From positions 1,682 through 65,681 of the forward strand of contig CAYJES010000004.1 of NCBI GenBank assembly GCA_964369365.1: a DNA stretch of 64,000 nucleotides, written 5' to 3'. The stretch's first letter is position 1. Each line of letters begins with the position of its first letter. The stretch is from an uncultured Lactobacillales bacterium (GTDB lineage Bacteria > Pseudomonadota > Alphaproteobacteria > CAYJES01). The notes below the pieces were generated by a model that was not told the DNA's origin, searched no databases, and saw only the letters and a list, made by a program, of their open reading frames with translations. This document shows positions 7,226 through 16,750 of this stretch, in pieces. The position numbers were made by a program, and so were the translations under genes.

Positions 7226-7630
7226 TTATTCACGACCATTTATTTGATTAGGCAAATACCGTGCAAGCAAAGGCAAAACCTTGCTTTTTGTCTGAGGATA
7301 ATATTTTTGCATTGTCTCATACGCATTCAATGGCTTGTCTGATTTTGTATATCTTGCACATTCCCAATCAATAATCATTTGTGTATAATCTTTTTCATTT
7401 TTTTCAATGTTGTTTTCAAGGTGATGCCTGCTGTTCGCACGATGGATCTTGCTAATCTCCTTAGGATTTAGCCAAAAACATAAAGCAAGCATAAATATCT
7501 TATCAACATCATGCAAATAACCATCAATTGTATTTTTTCCCAACAATTCTTTTTCAACACATAAAAAAGCTTTTTTATGTTTAAATATTGTTTTTATTTT
7601 TTCATAATTGCTAATCATTCCATACCTCAA
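7226..7630 (-). CDS. DUF5662-like small protein with His/Asp motifs
   Basis: 134 aa. GYLHDVDKIF, HRANSRHHLEN and IIDWECA resemble the HDxSK ... NRHHxE ... pattern I associate with DUF5662. Confidence 0.4.
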   Translation of the reverse strand: MRYGMISNYEKIKTIFKHKKAFLCVEKELLGKNTIDGYLHDVDKIFMLALCFWLNPKEISKIHRANSRHHLENNIEKNEKDYTQMIIDWECARYTKSDKPLNAYETMQKYYPQTKSKVLPLLARYLPNQINGRE

Positions 7631-7822
7631 TCTACAATTTATCGCAAAAATTATACATAAATCACAGAATTAGTCAATATTTTTTTAGATTGAATCAATT
7701 TTGCTATAAAACCAACACATCAGCTTTAAAATATTTTTATTTATAATTATATATTAAATTTCATTTAAGCCATGCAAATCATTATTCAAACAAAACAAAA
7801 AATAAGATAACCAATAAGAATA

Positions 7823-7869
7823 AAAAACCCCAAGGGTGTGTACAATATACATACATAACCGAAGGGGTT
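7823..7869 (-). terminator. Palindromic terminator-like element, copy 1, downstream of the META-domain gene
   Basis: Minus strand AACCCC..(inner stem GUAUGUA/UACACAC)..GGGGUU followed by UUUUUAUUCUUAUU. Related copy at 44364-44410. Confidence 0.6.
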
Positions 7870-7907
7870 ATTTGCAAAGTCTGCATTAATTATCCATTGT
7901 ATGGATT

Positions 7908-8291
7908 TTACATTTTTTCAACAAAGATAAATTCTTCATCCTCATCTGTAATTAAAATTAAATTTTTACCGTCAATTTTATATGAAACTATTTTCGGCAA
8001 CACTTCAAAAAATTCACGTTCAGCATCCATAGCATCAGGAGGTCCCATCATCATAGTAGCACCACCAGGCAAAAGCGTTATTTTGTCACCCTCCACTGTA
8101 TAATTACCAAAATATCTATTTACCACTGCTCCGTGATATTTGCCCTCTTTGACGTTAAAACCTATTGTAATTGGTACTTTATATTGCGAACCTGCTAAGA
8201 GATAATTTTCGCCTAATACAGCATCTTTTTTAACACAAGCCGATAAAGCAACCATTAAGACCATCATTTGTAACATTTTTTTCATTTTCAT
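7908..8291 (-). CDS. META-domain (HslJ-like) lipoprotein
   Basis: 127 aa. Lipobox-type signal MVLMVALSAC, and a pattern of YHGAVVNRYFGNYTVEGDKITL....ATMMMGP...DAEREFFEVL....YKIDGKNLIL typical of META domains. Confidence 0.6.
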   Translation of the reverse strand: MKMKKMLQMMVLMVALSACVKKDAVLGENYLLAGSQYKVPITIGFNVKEGKYHGAVVNRYFGNYTVEGDKITLLPGGATMMMGPPDAMDAEREFFEVLPKIVSYKIDGKNLILITDEDEEFIFVEKM

Positions 8292-8326
8292 TCTCCTTTA
8301 ATTTTGTTAAACATTTTATACATCAC

Positions 8327-9211
8327 TTACGATACATTATATTTTTCAGACTTTTTGCCTGACAATATTGGAATAATACCAAATAATTTTACACTAATCC
8401 TTTTATTAATTGTTATCATTTTTAAAAAAGGAATTACACCAAATAATTTTATAACCAATGTTTTGCTAACTTTACTTGCATATTTTTGATATAACTCAGG
8501 ATGTTTATTTGTTATATAAAAAATTATTGCTTCTCTACGCTTTTTCATTTCTGCTGACTTTGTCTTAGTTATATTTGTTTCATGTCGCCTATACCTAAGT
8601 AAAGCTTCAGGTATATTATAAAATTTAGTATGCTCAATCAAAGAAGCCCAAAGCATATAATCCTCGGCTGGCATATATCCATATTCATATTTTATATTAT
8701 TATCAATTAAAATTGACTTTCTTATCATTACAGATGGGTGTATTAAAGAACTATCATTAACCAAAGCTATTTTAATATCTTCGTCATTTTGCAGAACTTT
8801 AATCGTTTTTTCCCCAGGAAACATAACTGCCCAAGTTCCAACCACTCCATAATCTGAATTTTCATCTAAAAACTGTACTTGTTTAAAAAATCTATCAGGC
8901 ATTGCAATATCATCATGATCCATAACCGCTAAATATTCACCTTTTGATAAATCAATCAACCTATTTCGTGTTCCAGCGATTCCCAAATTTTTTTCATTTT
9001 TGAAATACTTTATTCTTTTATCATCATAACTAGCTGCAATTTCATCAAGAAACGTATTTTCTGGACTGTCATTTAAAATTAAATATTCAAAATCAGTATA
9101 AGTTTGATTTAAAATACTTTCTATTGCCTCTCTCATATGGATTTCTTTTACATTACAAACTGGCATTAACACTGAAATTTTTGGCATATCAATTCCCATT
9201 AAATTAATCAT
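8327..9211 (-). CDS. Family 2 glycosyltransferase
   Basis: 294 aa. ISVLMPVCN, ESILNQTYTDFEYLILNDSP and LAVMDHDDI (DxD). The true start may be MPKISV at 9187. Confidence 0.85.
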   Translation of the reverse strand: MINLMGIDMPKISVLMPVCNVKEIHMREAIESILNQTYTDFEYLILNDSPENTFLDEIAASYDDKRIKYFKNEKNLGIAGTRNRLIDLSKGEYLAVMDHDDIAMPDRFFKQVQFLDENSDYGVVGTWAVMFPGEKTIKVLQNDEDIKIALVNDSSLIHPSVMIRKSILIDNNIKYEYGYMPAEDYMLWASLIEHTKFYNIPEALLRYRRHETNITKTKSAEMKKRREAIIFYITNKHPELYQKYASKVSKTLVIKLFGVIPFLKMITINKRISVKLFGIIPILSGKKSEKYNVS

Positions 9212-12200
9212 TTATTCGATCAACTGGCACATCTTCAATTGCATCAGCACCAGCATCAAGAATTCCTTTTACAGCACCAGGAGTTAAAACCGCCAATGGA
9301 TTAACAGTTATAACAGGAGCATCAATCAATCCCGTTATTCCATAGCTGAAATTTAATAAACCACTACCTTTTTCGCTGCTGAACAATTCTCCTAATAGAG
9401 GTATTTTAGATAAAATACTGTTAAGAGTATAAGCCGGAACAATACTTCCTTTTATATCAATTTCATCTTTGACAAAATCAACTTCCCCCCAAGCTGTCAA
9501 ACCAAATCCAGACCCAGAAGTATGAGCATCAGTTAAAGATACTTTTCCATTTTTGAATTTATAAGGAATGATAAATTCATCCATTTTCACTCCGTTACCT
9601 TCTAATGAATCAACGATCCCAGTAAATGAGGCTAATGACAACAATTGCACCAAAGTAGGAGCTTTTAAAAAATAAAAATCTTCTACTTCAATTTTTCCTG
9701 ATATTTCACCATTTTTATTAATAACGCCATCTATTTTTAATTCACCTCCACGAATATTTCCCATAATTCCAAGAGCACGCAAATTATCACCAGCATCATC
9801 AGAAATCAACAAAAATTGATTTATATCACCATCTTCCAACAATGAAAATTCAGCCTTATTATTGTCTTTACCTACCAACGTTTCTATTTTAATTCTGTCT
9901 GGCAAGGTTTTTGATAGCAAAACGCTTCCAACAACGTTTTTATACCTAGCTCTACGCCCAAATGAAAGAGCATCTAATTCAACATTGAAATTTATATCTG
10001 AATACCCAAAATACATATCAGATTTTTTAATCCCTGATGATAGCAGCTTAGTTTTATTACCGCTTGTTAACGACTTTAAAAATCCTTTCATATCTAAGTT
10101 TTTACCTGAAACTTTACCTTGGATTTTATCATCTATTAAATCAATAATCATACTAGCATCAGTCATTGTGCCTTTTATTTCATAAAAAGCAATCCTAGAT
10201 ACTTCACCATTTTCGTTAAAATCTACCAAACCATTTATATTATTTTCTTTTTTATCGGTAATATTAACGGTTATATATTTTTCTGTTTTATTTACAGGTA
10301 TTCTTAAATTGATAATACCAGGCTTTGCACTATCTTTATACCAACCAATACCCCCTAAATCTAATACAGCATTTACGATATCAAAATTTATTTCCATTTC
10401 GCCTTTTTGGTATTTATCTAATCGTATTGCTGCATGAATAGGAATTTCGCCTTTTATGAAATTGTTTAAAAACTCATATTTGGGATAGTGTTCGCCAATT
10501 AATGAAGAATTAATAATAGTAGTAAGTTCATACACAGAATTATTTTCTTTATTAAAATATTTTGTGAAAATTATATTTGATGCAAGATTACTGATATCTC
10601 CTATACCTGACAAAACAAGCTTTTCATTATTTAATACCAAACTAAATTCAGCATTTTTAATATCTACATCACCAAAAGCATTATTAATATCTGTATTCAT
10701 AATTTTAGCATTAACATCTGCTTTTACTTTATCAACAGATAAATCAACATCAAGAGGAAAAAATAGTTTCAGACTTGTTACCATCTGGCCATTAACGTTT
10801 TTAGGCAAAAGATTTAATTCCTTCATATATTCAAAAGGCTTACTATCCACTACTTCTAATGCTTTTTGTAAATCTCCTTCTATCTCCAACTTAATATCAG
10901 CAAATTCCTGTGGGTCCCTTATATTTGTAAAAGCAAGTGTGCCAGAGGTCATTTTTAATCCGTCCATTCCGCCTTTTTTCACCACCACATCAACTCTGTC
11001 TAATGTAACATGAGCGTGCCCACCAACACCAACTGCTTTTGGCATACCTTCAATATAATCAACAGTTGCATTTTCAACATCAAGCGTCCCATCAATTAAT
11101 TCAGAAACAATTTCTTCTTTTTCATTACCTATAAAAATCATTTTGAATTGAGAGTTGTTATATAATCCACCTGTTATATTTTGATGTAACCATTCTCTAA
11201 CATCAGGACCAATAGATTGCGGCCAATATTTCTTTAAATTCTCATTGGCTAACGATGGCACACCTGCGTCAATTTCTATTCTTAATTGAGCGACAGATTG
11301 GTTTAAAATAAATTCATCCAAGCCTTTTATTGTTATATTTCCAGTTGCAACTCCATCATCCGCTGTTATTTTTATTTTTGGAATATTAAGAGATTTAAGT
11401 CCTTTTTCAAAATCACCTTTTACCGATAAGGTATTAAGGGGGTATATTTCGTTTTCATCTAAAAATGGCAATCTTATAACCCCATTATATCCAAAAAGTT
11501 CAAACGAAGCCTTATCAACAAAAGATAAATCATCTATTTTTTCAAACTTATCAAGCTTTAAAAATGCAAAAAATTTTCCTCCAATAGACATATTAACAAT
11601 ATCTAAAAAAGGATATTTAATTGAATCTTGGAACATATTAGGGTTAAAAGGAGATAATTCAAGCATAGCTTCACAAGTTTTTATATGTCTGTCATATACT
11701 GCATCAAATTTAAAATTAACAGCCTGCACCCCTATCATAGCCATAGCATCAATATTAATACTATACGCCCTATTTCCTTGATTTATATTCATATTAAATT
11801 CTGGAAATTCATAAAACGTATCTTGATATTTCAGTTGGAATTCAGCCTTTTCTATAGCTATACCTTCAAAATACGGATTATGATTACTTGATAAAAATCC
11901 TTTTATAATTTTTCCTATATCAAAATCAGAATTGTTAAATGTGTCGTTTTGAATATTACCAAGCAATCTACCATCATCTGTTAAATGCAGCCTTAAAGAA
12001 GCCATAGGAATTATCACATTTTTAGGAAATAATTCACCTTTTAAAATTGCCTCAAAGCTAAAATCAATAATTATCTCTGGAACTCTTACTATTTGCACAG
12101 AATTGTTATCAAATATATCAATACCAACAAGCCTAACATTAAGGGGTTTATCAAGTGAATCATATTCCAAATATGCTTGCTCTATATCAATTTTAACGTC

Positions 12201-12362
12201 CATTTGTTCAACATTAAGAGCCTCTGCAATATAAGGAATTGCCTTTTGAATTGATATAGGACCGCTATAAAATTTCCACACAGCAAATGAAACAGCAATG
12301 CCAAAAGATATTGCAACTATTTCAATAAAAACAATCAGCGATTTTTTTATTTTCCTAAGCAA
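9204..12362 (-). CDS. AsmA-like / YhdP-family (DUF3971-type) large envelope protein
   Basis: 1052 aa. One N-terminal TM helix, then a long beta-rich body. C-terminus GFGLTAWGEVDF...IKGSIVPAYTLNSILSKIPLLGELF...GSGLLNFSYGITGLIDAPVITVNPLAVLTPG resembles the AsmA/YhdP C-terminal motif. Confidence 0.65.
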   Translation of the reverse strand: MLRKIKKSLIVFIEIVAISFGIAVSFAVWKFYSGPISIQKAIPYIAEALNVEQMDVKIDIEQAYLEYDSLDKPLNVRLVGIDIFDNNSVQIVRVPEIIIDFSFEAILKGELFPKNVIIPMASLRLHLTDDGRLLGNIQNDTFNNSDFDIGKIIKGFLSSNHNPYFEGIAIEKAEFQLKYQDTFYEFPEFNMNINQGNRAYSINIDAMAMIGVQAVNFKFDAVYDRHIKTCEAMLELSPFNPNMFQDSIKYPFLDIVNMSIGGKFFAFLKLDKFEKIDDLSFVDKASFELFGYNGVIRLPFLDENEIYPLNTLSVKGDFEKGLKSLNIPKIKITADDGVATGNITIKGLDEFILNQSVAQLRIEIDAGVPSLANENLKKYWPQSIGPDVREWLHQNITGGLYNNSQFKMIFIGNEKEEIVSELIDGTLDVENATVDYIEGMPKAVGVGGHAHVTLDRVDVVVKKGGMDGLKMTSGTLAFTNIRDPQEFADIKLEIEGDLQKALEVVDSKPFEYMKELNLLPKNVNGQMVTSLKLFFPLDVDLSVDKVKADVNAKIMNTDINNAFGDVDIKNAEFSLVLNNEKLVLSGIGDISNLASNIIFTKYFNKENNSVYELTTIINSSLIGEHYPKYEFLNNFIKGEIPIHAAIRLDKYQKGEMEINFDIVNAVLDLGGIGWYKDSAKPGIINLRIPVNKTEKYITVNITDKKENNINGLVDFNENGEVSRIAFYEIKGTMTDASMIIDLIDDKIQGKVSGKNLDMKGFLKSLTSGNKTKLLSSGIKKSDMYFGYSDINFNVELDALSFGRRARYKNVVGSVLLSKTLPDRIKIETLVGKDNNKAEFSLLEDGDINQFLLISDDAGDNLRALGIMGNIRGGELKIDGVINKNGEISGKIEVEDFYFLKAPTLVQLLSLASFTGIVDSLEGNGVKMDEFIIPYKFKNGKVSLTDAHTSGSGFGLTAWGEVDFVKDEIDIKGSIVPAYTLNSILSKIPLLGELFSSEKGSGLLNFSYGITGLIDAPVITVNPLAVLTPGAVKGILDAGADAIEDVPVDRIND

Positions 12363-13418
12363 TTAAGATACCTTTTGCATGAACACATTTTGCATAAAGA
12401 ACATGGCAAGGAAGCTTACTACAATCGAAATAATAGGCGTTAAAACCCAAGCCCCACCGATATGAAGCAATTTTTTCCATTGTAATCCCTTTCCTTTTTG
12501 AAGCAACGCAATACCAACGATTGCACCAATAATAGCCTCAGCACTAGACACCGGCACCAAAGGAATAGTAGGCAGACCATGTGAATCAAGAAAGTTATAA
12601 AGTGTTTTTGATGAAAATATAAATAAAACAATCGAATGAGAAACCACAACAACAAGGGCGGCAATCGGGCTCATACGTAAAATTCCTTCACCTATTGTAT
12701 CTATTACTTGTCTAGAATAAAAAAGAACCCCAAACATAATTGAAATACCGGCAAGCAAGAACAATTGTTTGTCCCCACCAAAAACATACTTTCCATCAAA
12801 CAAAGATATATCATGGAATGGTACAGATTGCATAAACACACCCATAACATTTGCGACATTATTAGCGCCCAACGCATAAGATCCAAAAATACCGGCAAGA
12901 ATTAAACTAACCCTTGTAAAAGCGTCCAATTTAAACAAAGGCACAGGGAATTTATTTAAATACCATTTAACCCCCATCATCATAAGCATCGAAAATATCG
13001 CAGCAAGCACAGGACTGGTAAACCAACCAATAACAATATGACTAAGCGATGAATAATCAATCGGGGCATCAACAAATAAGCACCACCCCAAAATACTTCC
13101 CACGATTGCTTGAGTTGTTGAAACAGGCATCCCAGATTTCGTCATCAACCAAACAGAAAGCCCAGCAGACCCAGCCACAATAAATGACCCAGCCATAGAC
13201 GAAATTCCACCCAGTTTTCCGATGGTTTCAGACGTGCCACCACCACCAAAAACGCAACCAAGTATAACAAAAATAGAACATAAGATAGTGGCCGTTCTAA
13301 ATTTTATCATTTTGGTACCAACCGCAGAACCAAAAACGTTCGCCATATTGTTACCACCAAGAGCCCACCCCATAAAAATACCGGTAGACAGATAGAAAAA
13401 TATAATTATGCCTTCCAT
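12363..13418 (-). CDS. Inorganic phosphate transporter, PiT family
   Basis: 351 aa polytopic protein. Duplicated signature GGNNMANVFGSAVG and GANNVANVMG. Confidence 0.9.
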   Translation of the reverse strand: MEGIIIFFYLSTGIFMGWALGGNNMANVFGSAVGTKMIKFRTATILCSIFVILGCVFGGGGTSETIGKLGGISSMAGSFIVAGSAGLSVWLMTKSGMPVSTTQAIVGSILGWCLFVDAPIDYSSLSHIVIGWFTSPVLAAIFSMLMMMGVKWYLNKFPVPLFKLDAFTRVSLILAGIFGSYALGANNVANVMGVFMQSVPFHDISLFDGKYVFGGDKQLFLLAGISIMFGVLFYSRQVIDTIGEGILRMSPIAALVVVVSHSIVLFIFSSKTLYNFLDSHGLPTIPLVPVSSAEAIIGAIVGIALLQKGKGLQWKKLLHIGGAWVLTPIISIVVSFLAMFFMQNVFMQKVS

Positions 13419-13421
13419 ATT

Positions 13422-14078
13422 TTACACCAATCTTTTGATTGTGAAAATAGATAATTTATCCGCAACATCTTCGGCACAATTTGCAATATCATCAAGACTG
13501 TCTGCGAATTTTCGCAATTGATTTTTCTCAGGCAATGAAAGTTTGTCAGAGGCATAAATCTCACGGTTTAGTTTTTCACATGCAATATCGCCTTGTTTTT
13601 CAAAAAACATAACTTTATGAAGCGAATTATTTACTTTTTGTGTATTTATAAAAAATGCGCGCGAAGAATTGGTCAAAGATTCAACCGCATTAATCACAAG
13701 TTCTGCAAGTTCATTATACATATCATGGAAATTTTCGGCTATAACCGGCTTTTCAATTGAAAAATCTTTTGATACTTTTTCAAAAATATTCATGCAATTA
13801 TCCAATCCTTCGACCAAAGAAAGTACATCAGACCTTGATTCTGGAATTAAAGTATTGCTATAAAGTTTAGTTTCTAAATGGCGGCGAAGCTGATCATTTC
13901 TGGTTTCATATGCACTAATTTCACGAATTTTTGCTTCGTAATCTTCGCTACAACCTTCTTTCATATAAATTTTAATTGCTTTTTTAAATAAAATTCCAGC
14001 CTCAGAAATGTTGCTCAAAAACTCGTTAACATTTGAATCCAACTCACGAATATTTTTCAATAAATTTAAACCTGCCAT
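13422..14078 (-). CDS. DUF47 / PhoU-like phosphate transport regulator, the usual PiT partner
   Basis: ORF 13422..14093 (GTG) trimmed to ATG 14078, preceded by AAAGGTG. Helical ~220 aa protein immediately upstream of PiT with a 3-nt gap. Confidence 0.7.
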   Translation of the reverse strand: MAGLNLLKNIRELDSNVNEFLSNISEAGILFKKAIKIYMKEGCSEDYEAKIREISAYETRNDQLRRHLETKLYSNTLIPESRSDVLSLVEGLDNCMNIFEKVSKDFSIEKPVIAENFHDMYNELAELVINAVESLTNSSRAFFINTQKVNNSLHKVMFFEKQGDIACEKLNREIYASDKLSLPEKNQLRKFADSLDDIANCAEDVADKLSIFTIKRLV

Positions 14079-14115
14079 TTTAACACCTTTCACTTAATCA
14101 TTAAATATCTTAACA

Positions 14116-14160
14116 ATTATAGCTTTTTTTAGGATTTTTGCCAGTTTTTTTTAGTTATTT
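14116..14160. repeat. Direct repeat, left copy, bracketing the ABC-exporter/CgtA-like cassette
   Basis: 26-nt exact match tttttgccagttttttttagttattt (14135-14160 = 16725-16750), plus a shared attatagc 11-12 nt further left. Covers the stop and last three codons of the gene. Confidence 0.7.
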
Positions 14161-14996
14161 TTAGAATCTTCAATTAATATTTTCAGATCTTTATACTCAG
14201 AATTATGTTTAATCAACAAGGGCCTTATATATTTTTCAAACTCACTTGCCTGATCTACAGTCAAAAGTTTTTTAAACTTTTCTGCAATCTCCGAAATATC
14301 TTTTACTCCAGTATGAGTTTTATCGTCATTTTTAAAATGAAACCAACATATCTCATCAAATGAATGATATTTCATTTCAGTTCTGTCAACCGCAATCGTT
14401 TCCCAAAACAGACTATTTAAAAAAGTTTTAATATTTTCTTTTTTCACAATAAAATGATCAAAAGGCATTCCGTTATATGGAATTGGAGAGAATAAATAAA
14501 GATTACTTTTCCATACAAATGTATTATATCCCATTATCCCATACATAGTTTTTATGTTATCTTTTTCAGACTTTATTTTTGAAAATATTTTCCTTAAATT
14601 TTCGGTAATATAAATCTGATCAGCATCTATTTTTACGACATACTCGTCATCATCGAAAAATTGCAATCCGAAATTATAATATGCCTCCAAAGAATATTCT
14701 TTAGGCAAATCACCTTTTTTAAATGCTACTTGATTAACCACATAAGGATATCCATAAATTTCGCAATTTTTTCTATCCTCACACCACTTTGTTGCATATT
14801 TAATTGACCCATCATCCTTCTCAATTGAATATATCATAACAATATGATCAAAAACCCCGTCAATACTGTCAAGCATCGCCGGCAAGACCTCAATTTCATT
14901 TTTAAATCTTATAAATGCACCAAATTTATCATCTTCCAACGCAAATGCATTATTTGATACAAATATGCATAACATTCCAATTATTATAAATCTCAT
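14151..14996 (-). CDS. CgtA-like (Campylobacter beta-1,4-GalNAc-transferase-type) glycosyltransferase, paralogue 1
   Basis: 281 aa with an N-terminal hydrophobic segment. FGAFIRFKNEIEVLPAMLDSI...DDGS....KWC......YGYPY and YYNFGLQFF..DEYVVKIDADQIY parallel, from memory, CgtA AFIRVKNE..L..LESI...DGS...FC...YPY / YYNY...F....W.IKIDVDHIY. Clear paralogue of 25402..26250. Confidence 0.55.
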   Translation of the reverse strand: MRFIIIGMLCIFVSNNAFALEDDKFGAFIRFKNEIEVLPAMLDSIDGVFDHIVMIYSIEKDDGSIKYATKWCEDRKNCEIYGYPYVVNQVAFKKGDLPKEYSLEAYYNFGLQFFDDDEYVVKIDADQIYITENLRKIFSKIKSEKDNIKTMYGIMGYNTFVWKSNLYLFSPIPYNGMPFDHFIVKKENIKTFLNSLFWETIAVDRTEMKYHSFDEICWFHFKNDDKTHTGVKDISEIAEKFKKLLTVDQASEFEKYIRPLLIKHNSEYKDLKILIEDSKNN

Positions 14997-16663
14997 TATA
15001 TTACAGCAGCCCCTTTTCCATTTTTAAATTCAATTTTTTTATTAACATATTTTAATAGCTCTTTTTCGTGAGAAACTGCTATAATTGTTTTTTCTTTATA
15101 TTCTTCAAAAATAAATTTCCAAATAGACTTTATAGTATTAGCATCTAAATTGTTCGCAATTTCATCAAGGACTAAAACATCTCTATTCAATAACAATCCT
15201 CTGGCAAGATTTATCCTTTGTCTTTCTCCTCCTGAAATTTTTATACCTTTTTCTCCAATATTAGCATTCAAATTACCATCCAGCCTACTTACTAGCTCTT
15301 CTAAACAACATCCTCTTATAACTTTTTCAAAATTTGTTTTTGATATTTTTTTACCCATAACAATATTATCATAAAATGACATATTAAAAAGCTCAACATC
15401 TTGAGAGATGTATATGATTTGATTATCAAAAAAATCTTCAGACAAATCCTTATAATCGATATCATCAAGAAGTATAACACCTGATTTTGGCGAAAATTGA
15501 CGAGTTAAGAGATTTAAAAAGGTAGTTTTTCCATCACCAGATTTGCCAGTTACCGCTATATGGTCTCCTTTTTTAATTTCAAATTCATTAATAATGTGTG
15601 AAAACATAATTCCATCTTTTAAGTAATCGAATTCAGTATTATTAAAAGTTATCTTTTTCCATTTTTTTGTAACTAATTTCAGATCTTTTTTATTAGGTTC
15701 GCTTCCCAAATGCTCATTCAATATCCCATATTCTACTTTAGTTTTGACTATTTCAGACATCAATCCCATGTATGCCAATCCAAAATCAGATATTTTGGGT
15801 TGTATGTATATAATTAAAATAATAATTTCAAGCCCTGAACCAAATTGAACAAATTGATATATAAAATATCCTATTGGAAGTAAAAACAAACAATATATAT
15901 AAAAATCCAATAATCCATACTGCCAAGTATTATAGCGCATTAAATTAATGCCTTTCTTAACAGCATCATCTTTTTTAGGACGTAACATTGTCCATACAAA
16001 AGGTAATAAATTCATTTTTTTTACGGATCTTACATTATATAAAAAATCCAAATAAAACTTATCAAAATCTATTGTTGCTCTGTTATAGTCATCAACAAAT
16101 CCAAGTCTTTTTACATATAAAAACCTTATCATCACTGCAACAATAAATAAACTTATTAAAAAATATGAAAATAAATATATTGAAACATGTAACGTATAAA
16201 ATAAAAAACATAATATCAAAATAAAATTACTTAAATATACAAACGGAATTTTCCATATCCATACCCTAGCCATCTCGCAAACTTTCTCTAAAGCACTAGA
16301 AAAATATCCAACAGAATTATTTATATGCCAATTATATTCTTTATGGTACAATTTTTTATAATAAATTTCTTTGATATTTAAAGGGATAATTTTTCCAATA
16401 TTTTCAATATGAAAACGCCACGAAAAACGTCCTGTCAATAATAATATTCCCAATAATATAAATATATAAAAATTTGATAAAACCATATCCAAATTCTTAT
16501 TATTCACCGATGAAACTATATTTGCCACTACAAGCGATGACGCGAATACTAACAAACCTTCAACAGTCCCAAAAATATAGCTTAAAATAAACTTCAGCCT
16601 TAATTTAGTAGTATCACATGCTAACCAAAATAATTTATGTGCGATTATAATTGTATTAAACAT
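14996..16663 (-). CDS. ABC exporter, fused permease and ATPase (half-transporter)
   Basis: 555 aa. N-terminal multi-TM domain, Walker A GKSGDGKTT, signature ISGGERQRINLARG, Walker B VLVLDE, H-loop AVSHE. 1-nt stop/start overlap with the downstream glycosyltransferase. Confidence 0.85.
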   Translation of the reverse strand: MFNTIIIAHKLFWLACDTTKLRLKFILSYIFGTVEGLLVFASSLVVANIVSSVNNKNLDMVLSNFYIFILLGILLLTGRFSWRFHIENIGKIIPLNIKEIYYKKLYHKEYNWHINNSVGYFSSALEKVCEMARVWIWKIPFVYLSNFILILCFLFYTLHVSIYLFSYFLISLFIVAVMIRFLYVKRLGFVDDYNRATIDFDKFYLDFLYNVRSVKKMNLLPFVWTMLRPKKDDAVKKGINLMRYNTWQYGLLDFYIYCLFLLPIGYFIYQFVQFGSGLEIIILIIYIQPKISDFGLAYMGLMSEIVKTKVEYGILNEHLGSEPNKKDLKLVTKKWKKITFNNTEFDYLKDGIMFSHIINEFEIKKGDHIAVTGKSGDGKTTFLNLLTRQFSPKSGVILLDDIDYKDLSEDFFDNQIIYISQDVELFNMSFYDNIVMGKKISKTNFEKVIRGCCLEELVSRLDGNLNANIGEKGIKISGGERQRINLARGLLLNRDVLVLDEIANNLDANTIKSIWKFIFEEYKEKTIIAVSHEKELLKYVNKKIEFKNGKGAAVI

Positions 16664-16705
16664 TATAAATTAAAATACCTCTCCTTAACGTTTATTTCAG
16701 CTGTG

Positions 16706-16750
16706 ATTATAGCAATATTCGTGTTTTTTGCCAGTTTTTTTTAGTTATTT
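16706..16750. repeat. Direct repeat, right copy, at the 3' end of pepN
   Basis: See 14116-14160. Covers the pepN stop and last three codons. Confidence 0.7.

Noticed and set aside
7772-7786. A 15-nt exact match, ATGCAAATCATTATT, is shared with 45709-45723.
   Set aside because: At this base composition, several 15-mer coincidences are expected in 64 kb by my rough estimate, and there is no extended similarity around either copy.
10564-11013. Many antisense or shadow ORFs appear in the track. Examples: 382..576, 2430..2621, 9862..10185, 10564..11013, 26276..26674, 26583..26903, 27700..28288, 48421..48747, 51320..51607, 53199..53498, 53856..54110, 56178..56564, 63653..63907.
   Set aside because: Each is fully embedded opposite a gene with strong motif support. 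They have low-complexity, Leu/Ile/Phe/Ser-rich translations typical of AT-rich antisense frames, and no ribosome-binding sites.
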